A stretch of DNA of 64,000 nt from a virus. Location of the stretch: positions 18,712 to 82,711 of IMG/VR virus record IMGVR_UViG_3300035661_000037, one strand, 5' to 3'. Both the position numbers and the translations under genes were made by a program. Positions within the stretch are counted from its first letter, which is position 1. Each line of letters opens with the position of its first letter. Below the pieces are notes generated by a model. It saw nothing but the letters and a program-made list of their open reading frames with translations, was not told the DNA's origin and did not search any database. Shown piece by piece: positions 37,701 through 47,000 of the stretch.

Positions 37701-38012
37701 TTAGATTAGTTCCCTGTATTTTAGCCACGCCTCAAACTCGGCAAGGTCTTCGGCACAAGATATTACAATCGCATACCCGTTGTTAGCTGTTATAGTGTCT
37801 AAAAACTTCTGTTGGTTAGCGGTAACGTTCTTACGCTTCCCCTCAGCCTTTATCTCCAATGCTACGAACAACCCCGTCTTAGTGATGCAAATAATATCTG
37901 CAAGTCCAGTCGTAGCGCCAAAAGCTGAAGGTATTATACTCCAGTTTGGGATGTTGTGTAACTTTAGAAACGCCTTGGTGAGAAGTTTAATTTTTCCTTC
38001 AGGAGTTGCCAT
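37701..38012 (-). CDS. VRR-NUC nuclease / resolvase
   Basis: TPEGKIK, GLADII, ALEIKA, TANQQKF. Confidence 0.9.
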   Translation of the reverse strand: MATPEGKIKLLTKAFLKLHNIPNWSIIPSAFGATTGLADIICITKTGLFVALEIKAEGKRKNVTANQQKFLDTITANNGYAIVISCAEDLAEFEAWLKYRELI

Positions 38013-38075
38013 AATTAAAAAGCCCTCTATTTAGTTAAGAGAGCTTATACCACTGTTTTATATGTTGTGCAACTG

Positions 38076-38681
38076 TTACGTTAGTGAGGTATGCTCGTAC
38101 CACTCTGCTCTAAAGTTACAGAGGTTACCTGTAGTGCCACTTGTTATTCGTATGATGTATTTAGTATTCTGTTTGAGTATTCTTTCAGTCCCGTACACGC
38201 CTGCGCCATCTGACTTGCTGCTACCTGAAGCTGTTCCGCTAGAGTAGACAAATAGTCTAGTACCATCTGTAGTACCTCCAGAGACGGCTTTGTGTATTGT
38301 CAAGCCCGCAGTATTCGTAGAGTTTTCATTGGCGTTGAATGTAGCCTGCAATGTGGTACCTACTTTGTTAGTAGCTCTGAACACCTCTACAGTAGTTATA
38401 GCTGTGCCGTCCACAGAGAATGTGAAGTGAGGCCAGCTTGTGGTATCAGCAACCGTAAGCAAATAATCTTGAATGGCCGCTGCACCAAGTGTCACAGAGT
38501 CTGCGTATCTATAGGCATCGCCATCATGAACCTCGTGGTGCCCATGGTCTATGGTCATCATCGAATTAGTGACGGTATCTACACGAACGTTTCTAGGTAC
38601 TCCTGATGAATCCGTACCTTGCAGCAGCGAGTGTGCCCCACCATCTGTAAACTTCCGTAAACCTGTGTCTATCAATGCCAT
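38076..38681 (-). CDS. putative virion protein with HHEVHDG motif
   Basis: Thr/Gly-rich beta protein ending ERILKQNTKY...WYE. Confidence 0.55.
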   Translation of the reverse strand: MALIDTGLRKFTDGGAHSLLQGTDSSGVPRNVRVDTVTNSMMTIDHGHHEVHDGDAYRYADSVTLGAAAIQDYLLTVADTTSWPHFTFSVDGTAITTVEVFRATNKVGTTLQATFNANENSTNTAGLTIHKAVSGGTTDGTRLFVYSSGTASGSSKSDGAGVYGTERILKQNTKYIIRITSGTTGNLCNFRAEWYEHTSLT

Positions 38682-39229
38682 TATTTCAGCCCTATGAACT
38701 GCGTTTTAGTAAGTGCCTTAGACAACTTGGCATCGAGGTTCAAAATAATCGCGGCCAGCTCTGGTGATATTTCTGCCCGAACAGCCGTAGCATTTTGAGC
38801 CGCCGAAGGTATTGTAGCTAGGTCACCTGTTATGATATTCTGCGTATTTGTAACCGTGTTGACAAGGGCTGCGACCTGTGCCGGATATTGCTGCACTATA
38901 GCAGGTGTGAAATAGGCTGATGGGTAATCATCTGAGAACAGGACACCTGCGACCGATACCTTACTAAGATCAATAAGCAGCTTCCAGCCATTTATCAGAA
39001 AGTAAGTATCCCCAGTAAAACCGCCGGGTATGATGTCTAGCCCTGTATAGCGCATAGCAGGATAGTACGAGGTATTGTGTTCAACCACCAACCATCGCAC
39101 CCATGCTGAATAAAGTTCAGACCTGATATTTAAGGACGTGACTTCATCGTTGACAGTGATTGTTTTATTTTCACCGTCAAAGGTTACTTTCTGATACAGC
39201 CCCCAGTAATCCCAAAACGCGTAAGCCAT
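38681..39229 (-). CDS. putative virion appendage protein
   Basis: VTFDGENKTI...LYSAWVRW domain resembling the N-terminus of 40850-42514. Confidence 0.55.
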   Translation of the reverse strand: MAYAFWDYWGLYQKVTFDGENKTITVNDEVTSLNIRSELYSAWVRWLVVEHNTSYYPAMRYTGLDIIPGGFTGDTYFLINGWKLLIDLSKVSVAGVLFSDDYPSAYFTPAIVQQYPAQVAALVNTVTNTQNIITGDLATIPSAAQNATAVRAEISPELAAIILNLDAKLSKALTKTQFIGLK

Positions 39230-39232
39230 TGA

Positions 39233-40825
39233 TTAAGCCCTAACCTCATCCCAATTGAAAACTACTGTGACCGTGCCGCCAGCACCGGCAGAAAGTAGCT
39301 TTGCGGTAAATGCCAATTCTACCCACTCCGCGATATTTGCCTTACGCCTAATACCGCTACGATTTTCTTTGAATGTTTTTAAATCAATCTGCTTGGACTC
39401 ACCTGCACCTACGATTGTAGAAAACCTGCTTTTTCCGCCAGATATGCCTGTCAATGTTTTATTAATGTCAGCTACCGAGTCCCCTCCGTGGGAAACCCAT
39501 GATCCTGCGGCGGCTGTTACACCCCTCCATTGTTCAAACAATATTGGCCCAGAAGATGCACCATTGTATATAGTGAAACTATTAGGGTATATCGTCGATC
39601 GGTTATTGATAGAATTGAATGTCTGCGATGCACGAATAGCCATTATTGGAGTTGCGGTTGTCGTTGTAACACTAGCCGATGAGTTATCTGTAAATGCAGC
39701 TGTGGCTGGGGTGAATGCCCCTTCGGTTTTTACTACTGAGGAAAATACGCTCATCTCGCTTGTAGATGCTGATGTGCCTGTATTTATTTGTTCGTACCTT
39801 ATAGGCAACGACCCCGTACTAATGTAGGACTGGGTACGATTATTATCAGTACCTAACTCGTGGCAAACAATACGCACGCCATCTATGATAATACCAAAAC
39901 GGACAGCCCCTGCTCCTAGGCACTGGTAATCCATCCAGTAGATGTTATTCTTCGTTGGATTTACCATAAATCCAGATAGATTATGCGCATCCCCTATACC
40001 ATCCAGACGGTCACCATCCCACGTGGTTGACGCGAATCTTTCTTCGACTACAGTGCCTGTTGCTTTTGAACGCAATCCGATGTTGAACGTTGTGCCTTGC
40101 ATCTCGAAAAATTCGCCATTATCGTCGTCATATAAGCCAAAGCGACGTGTCACGTTATCTTTGCCAGTGTCACCGAGAGCTGCTGTGAATTCGATTAAAT
40201 GCGATACCCCCGCTTGGCACACATGATACTCATCGGTTGTGCGTTGCACTGAATCCCCAGATGCTGTGCCACAAGATAGGCGTACACCAGACACGTTTGG
40301 CAGGTGTGTAAGCGAACCAGCACCCGTTAATACAGTACTAAAGTCGTTCGGTAATGTATCGTAATGGGGGATGTATTCCGCCAATTTGTGTTGTTGGCTC
40401 ACCTGTAATTTGCCGAAGGCATCAAACTGTGGAGAACCTTCGGCGAACCTTACGAATGCTGCCCCTATGTTATCTACCGACTGACCATATTTAGGATTAT
40501 TGCCGCCGACAATGACTACGTTCTGGTCATATATAGCGGTGCCAGTTCCAGAAGTCAGCGCATTTGTGACAGCATTTACTTGTAATGCTTCACCACTATT
40601 GACAGCCGCAGGGGAGCCACTCTCTAAAAGGATGTAAACCGTCCCTGTAGAAGCGCTACCAGTTACCTTTATAACCTCACCAGAAACCCCTGTAGACGGC
40701 GTTGTCACTGTATCACCAACTACAAATGGTATCGTTCCACTTGTAAAGTCGATATCCATATATGCTGTATGTGCTACACGCTTGCCGGTGCTGTCCGGTG
40801 GGAATCTTAGATTTTGGTCAGCCAT
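39233..40825 (-). CDS. putative virion appendage protein, lectin-like
   Basis: PPDSTGKR, FDAFGKLQVS, RFGLYDDDNG, SLPIRYE. Confidence 0.6.
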   Translation of the reverse strand: MADQNLRFPPDSTGKRVAHTAYMDIDFTSGTIPFVVGDTVTTPSTGVSGEVIKVTGSASTGTVYILLESGSPAAVNSGEALQVNAVTNALTSGTGTAIYDQNVVIVGGNNPKYGQSVDNIGAAFVRFAEGSPQFDAFGKLQVSQQHKLAEYIPHYDTLPNDFSTVLTGAGSLTHLPNVSGVRLSCGTASGDSVQRTTDEYHVCQAGVSHLIEFTAALGDTGKDNVTRRFGLYDDDNGEFFEMQGTTFNIGLRSKATGTVVEERFASTTWDGDRLDGIGDAHNLSGFMVNPTKNNIYWMDYQCLGAGAVRFGIIIDGVRIVCHELGTDNNRTQSYISTGSLPIRYEQINTGTSASTSEMSVFSSVVKTEGAFTPATAAFTDNSSASVTTTTATPIMAIRASQTFNSINNRSTIYPNSFTIYNGASSGPILFEQWRGVTAAAGSWVSHGGDSVADINKTLTGISGGKSRFSTIVGAGESKQIDLKTFKENRSGIRRKANIAEWVELAFTAKLLSAGAGGTVTVVFNWDEVRA

Positions 40826-40849
40826 TTGTTGCTCCTAAGTCATTGGTTT

Positions 40850-42514
40850 TTAAATGAAAGCTCTGTCGGTCTCGCTAACCGCAGAGATACTAATTGTTTT
40901 CGATGCTGTCAAGCCGCCAGCCGCACTGGTGGCTACCACAACTGGTTTGGCAAATCCTGAGTGTCCCGCCACAAGAGTTACCGCTGTATCTGTACCGCCA
41001 GTACGCTTCCCAGATTCTGTCTGCCCACTATAGTCATAGTTAAACGCGATTGCAGATGAGCCGATTGTACCAGAAATATCTATGTTACTCTTATTTCTTA
41101 CGATAACTGCCGTAGATGTGCCCCAGTCATTCGTGCTAGTAAGATCTGAGTAATACAGCACGTACCAACCGCCAACTAAGTTACTTGAGAAGTTAAGTAC
41201 ACCGGCGGAAGCATAAGGGTATTCGCGCAGCACCGCAGTATTGTCGTAGAACTGAATGGTGTTGATATCCGCATCCGTCACACCTTCGACGCATACCCCT
41301 GTACCGCCTCCAGCAGGGTTTGTTGGGGCATATACGCCGCATACTAACTTCGCTGTCCAGTTCATCAGCAGCGATGCAGTCTTCCCGATAACGCTAGTCG
41401 CTTGTGAGTTGATAGTTGTTGGCTGCAATAACTTCGCTTGGACAAAAGAGTAAATCTGGCGTAGCGTAGCTGTTGACGGTGTTGCTGGATTAAGCGTAAA
41501 ACTTGCACCAGATGCAGCAGGGACTGAACCGGTAAGTGTCACCGTACCCGCTGCCGGAGTACCACTGATTGTGTATGTTCCAGCACCTGCACCACTATGC
41601 ACAACCAACGTACCGCCAGTAAAGTTTGCACCGGTGATACCGGCTGCGGCTGTTGTAAACGATGTCGTGCCGTTTGATACGCCATCTATGCCTGAGTGAG
41701 TACCGATGTCTACAACAATACCATAGTGGTTGACAGAACCTGCTACGCCTGCCCCATCAACGTTCTTGATGAAGCCAGATGTGAAGTAGTTAATACGCAT
41801 CTTGTCGTAAGGTGCGATAGGCGTTGTGATAATGTCTGCATATACACCAGTTGCATCTAAATCGTCTGAGTTAGCCAGCAGTAAGTTAATCAAATACGCG
41901 CCAGTAGTAGATTTACCAGTATCGGCTAGAACCGAGCTAGAATATTTCTTACCGTAGACACGGCAGAAACCTTGTAAGTAGTTTGCATTAGCTAAGTTAC
42001 CGTGGGTTGCATCCCCATAAACCTGTACGCCTAAGTTAGCCGCATCTGTGTAGGTGAAGTTAATAGCTGCGCCAAGTGCCGAATCTTTCTGGTAGTATAG
42101 TTGTGCCGCAGTTGACACAGCACCCAGAGATACTACACCAGCGTAAGTTGAGTTTACAGTACCTGATGCTGATGTACCATCTGCTCCTGGGGTTGTTGCG
42201 GTGTATTCGTTCCAGCCGCCATCTCGTAGATACAAACGTGTACTACCTGCGAATGTCCATGTATTGTATCGCGTACCATCAAAGCCAATATTAAACTGCC
42301 CTGATAGCGCGTCAATAGTGTAGAAAGGTGGTGGGAAAGCGTTGTAGGTGCTTGACTCCCATAGTTGAATTATTTTAGAGTACAAACTTTGCCAAGTGCA
42401 CCCCTCCTTCGCAGTGAGGTTGCCCGCCACGTTCAAGGTTATCTCGCGGGTTGTTGTATTTACTGTCAGCTCTGTACCGACGTTCAAACTGCTTTTGTTC
42501 GTGATTTTCGCCAT
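40850..42514 (-). CDS. putative virion appendage protein
   Basis: Thr/Gly/Ala-rich, 554 aa; AAGGAG RBS; ends DRAFI. Confidence 0.6.
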   Translation of the reverse strand: MAKITNKSSLNVGTELTVNTTTREITLNVAGNLTAKEGCTWQSLYSKIIQLWESSTYNAFPPPFYTIDALSGQFNIGFDGTRYNTWTFAGSTRLYLRDGGWNEYTATTPGADGTSASGTVNSTYAGVVSLGAVSTAAQLYYQKDSALGAAINFTYTDAANLGVQVYGDATHGNLANANYLQGFCRVYGKKYSSSVLADTGKSTTGAYLINLLLANSDDLDATGVYADIITTPIAPYDKMRINYFTSGFIKNVDGAGVAGSVNHYGIVVDIGTHSGIDGVSNGTTSFTTAAAGITGANFTGGTLVVHSGAGAGTYTISGTPAAGTVTLTGSVPAASGASFTLNPATPSTATLRQIYSFVQAKLLQPTTINSQATSVIGKTASLLMNWTAKLVCGVYAPTNPAGGGTGVCVEGVTDADINTIQFYDNTAVLREYPYASAGVLNFSSNLVGGWYVLYYSDLTSTNDWGTSTAVIVRNKSNIDISGTIGSSAIAFNYDYSGQTESGKRTGGTDTAVTLVAGHSGFAKPVVVATSAAGGLTASKTISISAVSETDRAFI

Positions 42515-42516
42515 GA

Positions 42517-42696
42517 TTAATTCTCCTTAACATCTATAATATAATTGCTTGTGATGAGTCGGTAATTCTCAGACCCCAACTCTATGATTGATTCTGGTGT
42601 AAACTCTAATCCGTTCGGCAATATGATGGGGTAGCTATCCGTAAATGACGCCCCAACGAACTGTCTATCTGTAGTGACCATTATTGTAAGGTTCAT
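42517..42696 (-). CDS. 59-aa hypothetical protein (MNLTIMVTTDRQF...)
   Basis: Translated by hand; ATGA overlap with the upstream gene. Confidence 0.6.
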   Translation of the reverse strand: MNLTIMVTTDRQFVGASFTDSYPIILPNGLEFTPESIIELGSENYRLITSNYIIDVKEN

Positions 42697-45272
42697 TGAT
42701 ATGCCCGATCAATAGTTTGTGAAATTGGGAGAGACGAGTCAACCGTAGTTAGCGACAAGTCATAAATAACATACGGTACATATCCCGCCTTGATTATCTT
42801 CACATCGACTATTTGCGCTCCAGAATAAACATACCCCCAACTCGTAGGTGTTGTTTGATCTATGCTACCAACTACTGTGTTTGTATCGCTTGTCGTTATA
42901 GTTACATCAGAACCTGCAATCAACCCAGTAAAAGTAAGAGTATTTGTATCTAATGGGTACTGATAAGCCTGCGTTGTGGCAGTGCTAGTCGTAAGCACAT
43001 AGACGCTGGTGATTGCCGTTGTATTGGTCGTGCTGGTTGTAATCTTGATCTTTAGCTTGAATCCGTTTACGGCTGAGATAGCGGCAATACCGCTCAAGGC
43101 TGTGCCGAGTGTAGTAGCGGTGTACGCACTACTTGTCAACGTTGAAAATCCATTGCCATCATTCTTGTCAATGGCATATTCGTAGGTGTAGTTGGTTGCT
43201 GTACCCCCTGCCATAACTAGTGCCGAGTTTGTAAATCCTGTATGCCCTATAATATACTCAGGCATCTCGAACGTAGCAGAATAACCAATAACCGGCATGT
43301 ATAGCCCGCCAGCAGAGGTGAATGCTGCACCATTAGCGAGTGTTACCTGTGCTGTCGTGAGCGACGTTGGCTCATTCATCTGAATGGCAATACGACCTGC
43401 CGTTGTACTAGTATGTGCGTCATAGAAGTGTGTCCCATAGACAGACACTTGTCCCGTCAGCGCACCAGTTCCGCCCATACCCTTGCGTTTCATATTCAGG
43501 ATTGCCATCACGTCTACGGCGTCAGCGTAGTCCCCCCACACATTTTCTTCCGTGACTTCATGGCTTGAGTTATCTCCAGACATTATACCAGTACGGGTAG
43601 AAGACACATAAACCCGCTGAATCTTGATGCTGGAACAGTTGGATGCAACCGCGTAGACGATACCGCAAATATTCGCGCTACCCATCGTCAGTGGTGTAGC
43701 GTAGGTACCGATGTTGCGCAGTTTAATCCTAGAGCATCCAGTTGCCGCTGACATAATACCAGCGTAGGCATGTGTGTTTGCCACCGGCCATGTAAGTCCT
43801 GAGAATGTGCAGTCAATACTCGTTAGCGATAGGTTCCATACATAGGTCGCGTAGGTTGTAACCGTAGTACCAGACGGCGCACTACAATAAATGGTATCCG
43901 TAACCGAAATCGTGTCACAGGTTATAAAGTTCATCATGCCTAGAATGTTTGTAGGCGTTGTCCAAGTGCAATTCTTCGCCCGTGTGATACTGTGCGAAAA
44001 AGCACTCACACTGCCTATAATTACCATCGACTGTGTTTTTTCGCGGATAAAGGTAAATCCAGCAATATCCGTGATGGTGACAACCTGACCCGACGCTGCC
44101 CCAGATACCTTCTGCCAAACACAATCGGTAAATGTGCCGCCAGAGTAACAATATTGAAGAGTGAGGGCGGCGGTGGCCAGCGCAGTAGTCGGCTTGTTAC
44201 CTACCCCAGCTTTAGTGATAGTCATAGCAGATGCAGTCTCAGACAGAAGTATCGCATCCGAGAACCCACTGTTACTTATATTAACTGAGTATGCTTGTGA
44301 GCAGGATAAGTACCACCCCATTGAACACTTATCGATATTTACAACCCCACCGCCGGTTGTGGTGAAGTCATATCTGGTGGCTAGGGTTGCGTTCGGTATG
44401 ACGTTGGCGGTTAGGGTTGTAACCACATTGTTGAAGAACACATTACCAATTACCACACGCAACCCAGTGACAGGTGTGTATCCGTTAGTGGCTGCTCCTG
44501 AGTTTCCGATACGCACAAGACCCGTAGTGTCTATCCATACCACCTTGCCTCGCGTTGCCTCCACACCGGTTGTGGTATTCACACCGTTGTTTGGGTAAAA
44601 CTCAAACACCCCCGAACTGGCAGAGGTTTCAATGAATACGCCAGGGTGCCAACAAGTTAATCCGTTATTAGGAATCTGCATGGTCTGGTTAGATACACCA
44701 TTGGTAGTTCCAACCTCGTACCATTCGCCCGTGATATTAACCGAACCAAGGCGGTTTGCGTTAATCGTGGCAGCTTCAAGCCCATTAACTTCAATGAAGC
44801 CTACAACGGATGCCCCTGTTATAGTGAACGTAAATCCAGCTTGTGTGTAACTACCTGATGTAGGGAAAGCGACGCTGTTCCAGTTTGTTACTTTTATCCA
44901 CCCACTTGCGGCCGTAGTGACAGGTGCCGTTGTCAGAGAAGAATAGATACCGATAACGTTAGCCGTTGCAGAGCCTACTGTGATAGATGTTCCAAGTGTA
45001 ATAGTACCAGACCCCGTATTAAATGGGATCATGCGCACATAGCGCCCGTCGAAGTTAAGTTGCCCACCTTTCGTTGTGTTGATAGTGAGCGTTGACCATA
45101 TCGCACTGGTGTTCCCACTTAATCCATAGCGACTGTCTTGGTCCTGTGTAAAGTTGAAACCGTTGGTATCGATGGTATCACCAGTAGTCCCACGAGCCGT
45201 CGCCACACCCCAGATAGCGGCGTTACCGATATCCCGAAGTGTTCCAGAACCTGCTAAAGTATAGGCTGTCAT
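42693..45272 (-). CDS. large beta-helix-like virion appendage protein
   Basis: 859 aa, Thr/Gly-rich with beta-helix-like periodicity; C-terminal LTFTGL..GSDV...DRAYQ domain. Confidence 0.6.
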   Translation of the reverse strand: MTAYTLAGSGTLRDIGNAAIWGVATARGTTGDTIDTNGFNFTQDQDSRYGLSGNTSAIWSTLTINTTKGGQLNFDGRYVRMIPFNTGSGTITLGTSITVGSATANVIGIYSSLTTAPVTTAASGWIKVTNWNSVAFPTSGSYTQAGFTFTITGASVVGFIEVNGLEAATINANRLGSVNITGEWYEVGTTNGVSNQTMQIPNNGLTCWHPGVFIETSASSGVFEFYPNNGVNTTTGVEATRGKVVWIDTTGLVRIGNSGAATNGYTPVTGLRVVIGNVFFNNVVTTLTANVIPNATLATRYDFTTTGGGVVNIDKCSMGWYLSCSQAYSVNISNSGFSDAILLSETASAMTITKAGVGNKPTTALATAALTLQYCYSGGTFTDCVWQKVSGAASGQVVTITDIAGFTFIREKTQSMVIIGSVSAFSHSITRAKNCTWTTPTNILGMMNFITCDTISVTDTIYCSAPSGTTVTTYATYVWNLSLTSIDCTFSGLTWPVANTHAYAGIMSAATGCSRIKLRNIGTYATPLTMGSANICGIVYAVASNCSSIKIQRVYVSSTRTGIMSGDNSSHEVTEENVWGDYADAVDVMAILNMKRKGMGGTGALTGQVSVYGTHFYDAHTSTTAGRIAIQMNEPTSLTTAQVTLANGAAFTSAGGLYMPVIGYSATFEMPEYIIGHTGFTNSALVMAGGTATNYTYEYAIDKNDGNGFSTLTSSAYTATTLGTALSGIAAISAVNGFKLKIKITTSTTNTTAITSVYVLTTSTATTQAYQYPLDTNTLTFTGLIAGSDVTITTSDTNTVVGSIDQTTPTSWGYVYSGAQIVDVKIIKAGYVPYVIYDLSLTTVDSSLPISQTIDRAYQ

Positions 45273-45279
45273 TTATCAA

Positions 45280-45861
45280 TCACGAATAAGAAACTGTTAA
45301 ATGGTCAGCCCAAGCATTTGTAAACGTATCTGTTCCCAATGCCCAAGTAGTTACAATGTCCCCATCAACCGCAAAAGTTGTCTTAGCGATACGCCACACA
45401 GCACTAGACTCAGCCGACCCTACTGCTGCCTCTCCCTTGTAGAGTATTGTATCGCCTATAAAGTCAACCCTAGTCGTGTATGTCACTGAGTCCCCGCCTG
45501 CTAAAATGTTTAGTATTGCTCTGTTGCTAAGTCCAGCGAAACTTGCGTTCCCCTGATACTCAAGCACGTTAATATCTCGGTATATAGATGTACCTTTCAG
45601 CACGGTCAAACCATTTCCTGCATCGCACAAACCTGTGTTACTTGATACCCCGATGCAGTCTCTGACGTTGTAGCCTAGCGTCTCAACTGTATCAGCATTT
45701 ACTGATAGTCCAACACTTCCTGCGTAAAATAAACACGAAGGCGACACGCTATAACTATATGTACTTACACCTATACAGTCTGCGGTGTAAGTTACCCCTG
45801 CTGAAATCCCCCCGCCATCAGGGGTAAGTATTTGAGGTACTACACTCCATTCCCAGAACAT
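45280..45861 (-). CDS. putative fibre-associated protein
   Basis: C-terminal YKGEAAVGS...AVWRI...WA module. Confidence 0.55.
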   Translation of the reverse strand: MFWEWSVVPQILTPDGGGISAGVTYTADCIGVSTYSYSVSPSCLFYAGSVGLSVNADTVETLGYNVRDCIGVSSNTGLCDAGNGLTVLKGTSIYRDINVLEYQGNASFAGLSNRAILNILAGGDSVTYTTRVDFIGDTILYKGEAAVGSAESSAVWRIAKTTFAVDGDIVTTWALGTDTFTNAWADHLTVSYS

Positions 45862-45862
45862 A

Positions 45863-46246
45863 TTAGTCTGAAACGCGCAATATAACGGTTCCCACCGCTT
45901 GTTGGTAAATATCACCAGTGCGTACTGTGCGTGTTGTAGCCACCCCAGACTGCGTTAGCTGTCCGTGAGCAATCAAGGCACCACCAACGACTCTAACGCC
46001 CCAGTGTGACGCTGTAGCCCAGTCGCTAGATGCTTGCGGGAATGTGACCAGTGCTGTGTTTGCGATCTGTGTACCACCACTGACGACTGTATTAGCACCG
46101 AATGTTGCTGACTGACGCGCATAACTGCCGCCAGCGATTTCAGTACCTATATCTGAGGCTGTAGGGTCAGTCGAGTACAGCGCCAACTCTAGCGCATGTG
46201 TTTTAATTTCTGTGAGAATTATGGCTTGCTGTGTGCGACTGAACAT
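45863..46246 (-). CDS. small fibre/adaptor structural protein
   Basis: LALYSTDPT...EIAGGSYARQ...VTFPQASSDW pattern. Confidence 0.7.
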   Translation of the reverse strand: MFSRTQQAIILTEIKTHALELALYSTDPTASDIGTEIAGGSYARQSATFGANTVVSGGTQIANTALVTFPQASSDWATASHWGVRVVGGALIAHGQLTQSGVATTRTVRTGDIYQQAVGTVILRVSD

Positions 46247-46247
46247 A

Positions 46248-46562
46248 TTAAGCTACCTGTGTCGCACGGAATAAACCATCCGCTGCGCCTGCTGATTTTA
46301 TTATAGAAACTCGTATACCTGTTCCGATAGTCAGGCACCGTTCGCCAGGCATGAATAAGGTCGCTGCGGCGGTCGCTGGTGTACCTGCGGTGCTCGTAAG
46401 TATGTGCAGTGGTACACTATTTGCGATGTGGTAAGTACCTGCATTGATTACTCCAGATGTGCTCGCGCCCACAAGGGCATCTAAGGCGATGACTGTTGGT
46501 GTAAGTACTAAGGTGGTAATGGAGACATTGAAAGAGTCCCCTAGCGCGGAAATGACAGCCAT
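46248..46562 (-). CDS. small structural-type protein
   Basis: First ORF after a late-class promoter. Confidence 0.55.
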   Translation of the reverse strand: MAVISALGDSFNVSITTLVLTPTVIALDALVGASTSGVINAGTYHIANSVPLHILTSTAGTPATAAATLFMPGERCLTIGTGIRVSIIKSAGAADGLFRATQVA

Positions 46563-46580
46563 GACAAAATCCAAGTAAAA

Positions 46581-46698
46581 GTTAGGTCGCTTTTATCACT
46601 AATACAGGAGTGTGTCAAGTGTTAAAATACTTAAACCCCATAACATTACTGTAATAGGGTTTCGGGTACTACGCCTACACTTGGTAGGTGCGACTAGG
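46581..46698 (-). repeat. 118-bp hairpin-hairpin-promoter unit, copy A
   Basis: Ungapped match to 50347-50464, 17 mismatches by hand count. Confidence 0.93.
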
Positions 46699-46998
46699 CT
46701 ACTGCTCCTTAATAACCAGCCTAAAAGACCTCTCATCAATACGTCCACTAGATGTTGTTATATTATTGTTGATCCTGTACTCAGTTCCGATGATTCCCCC
46801 CGCTATAAACGTTGTTGTCAGCGTACCCCCAGTGATTGATGGTGATGTCAGCGTCACGCCTGTGTCTCCGGCCCACGTACTGATAATGACTATATCGCCA
46901 GCAGGCAGCCATGATGACCAGTCATTAGAGTAGTCAAGGTTTGCTTGTGGGTCTTTAAATATGTAGTACCCTTTTTCATCTTGTATGTAAGTGCCCAT
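46699..46998 (-). CDS. fibre adaptor-like protein
   Basis: KDPQANLDYSNDWSSWL...TTSSGRIDERSF pattern. Confidence 0.65.
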   Translation of the reverse strand: MGTYIQDEKGYYIFKDPQANLDYSNDWSSWLPAGDIVIISTWAGDTGVTLTSPSITGGTLTTTFIAGGIIGTEYRINNNITTSSGRIDERSFRLVIKEQ

Positions 46999-47000
46999 CG

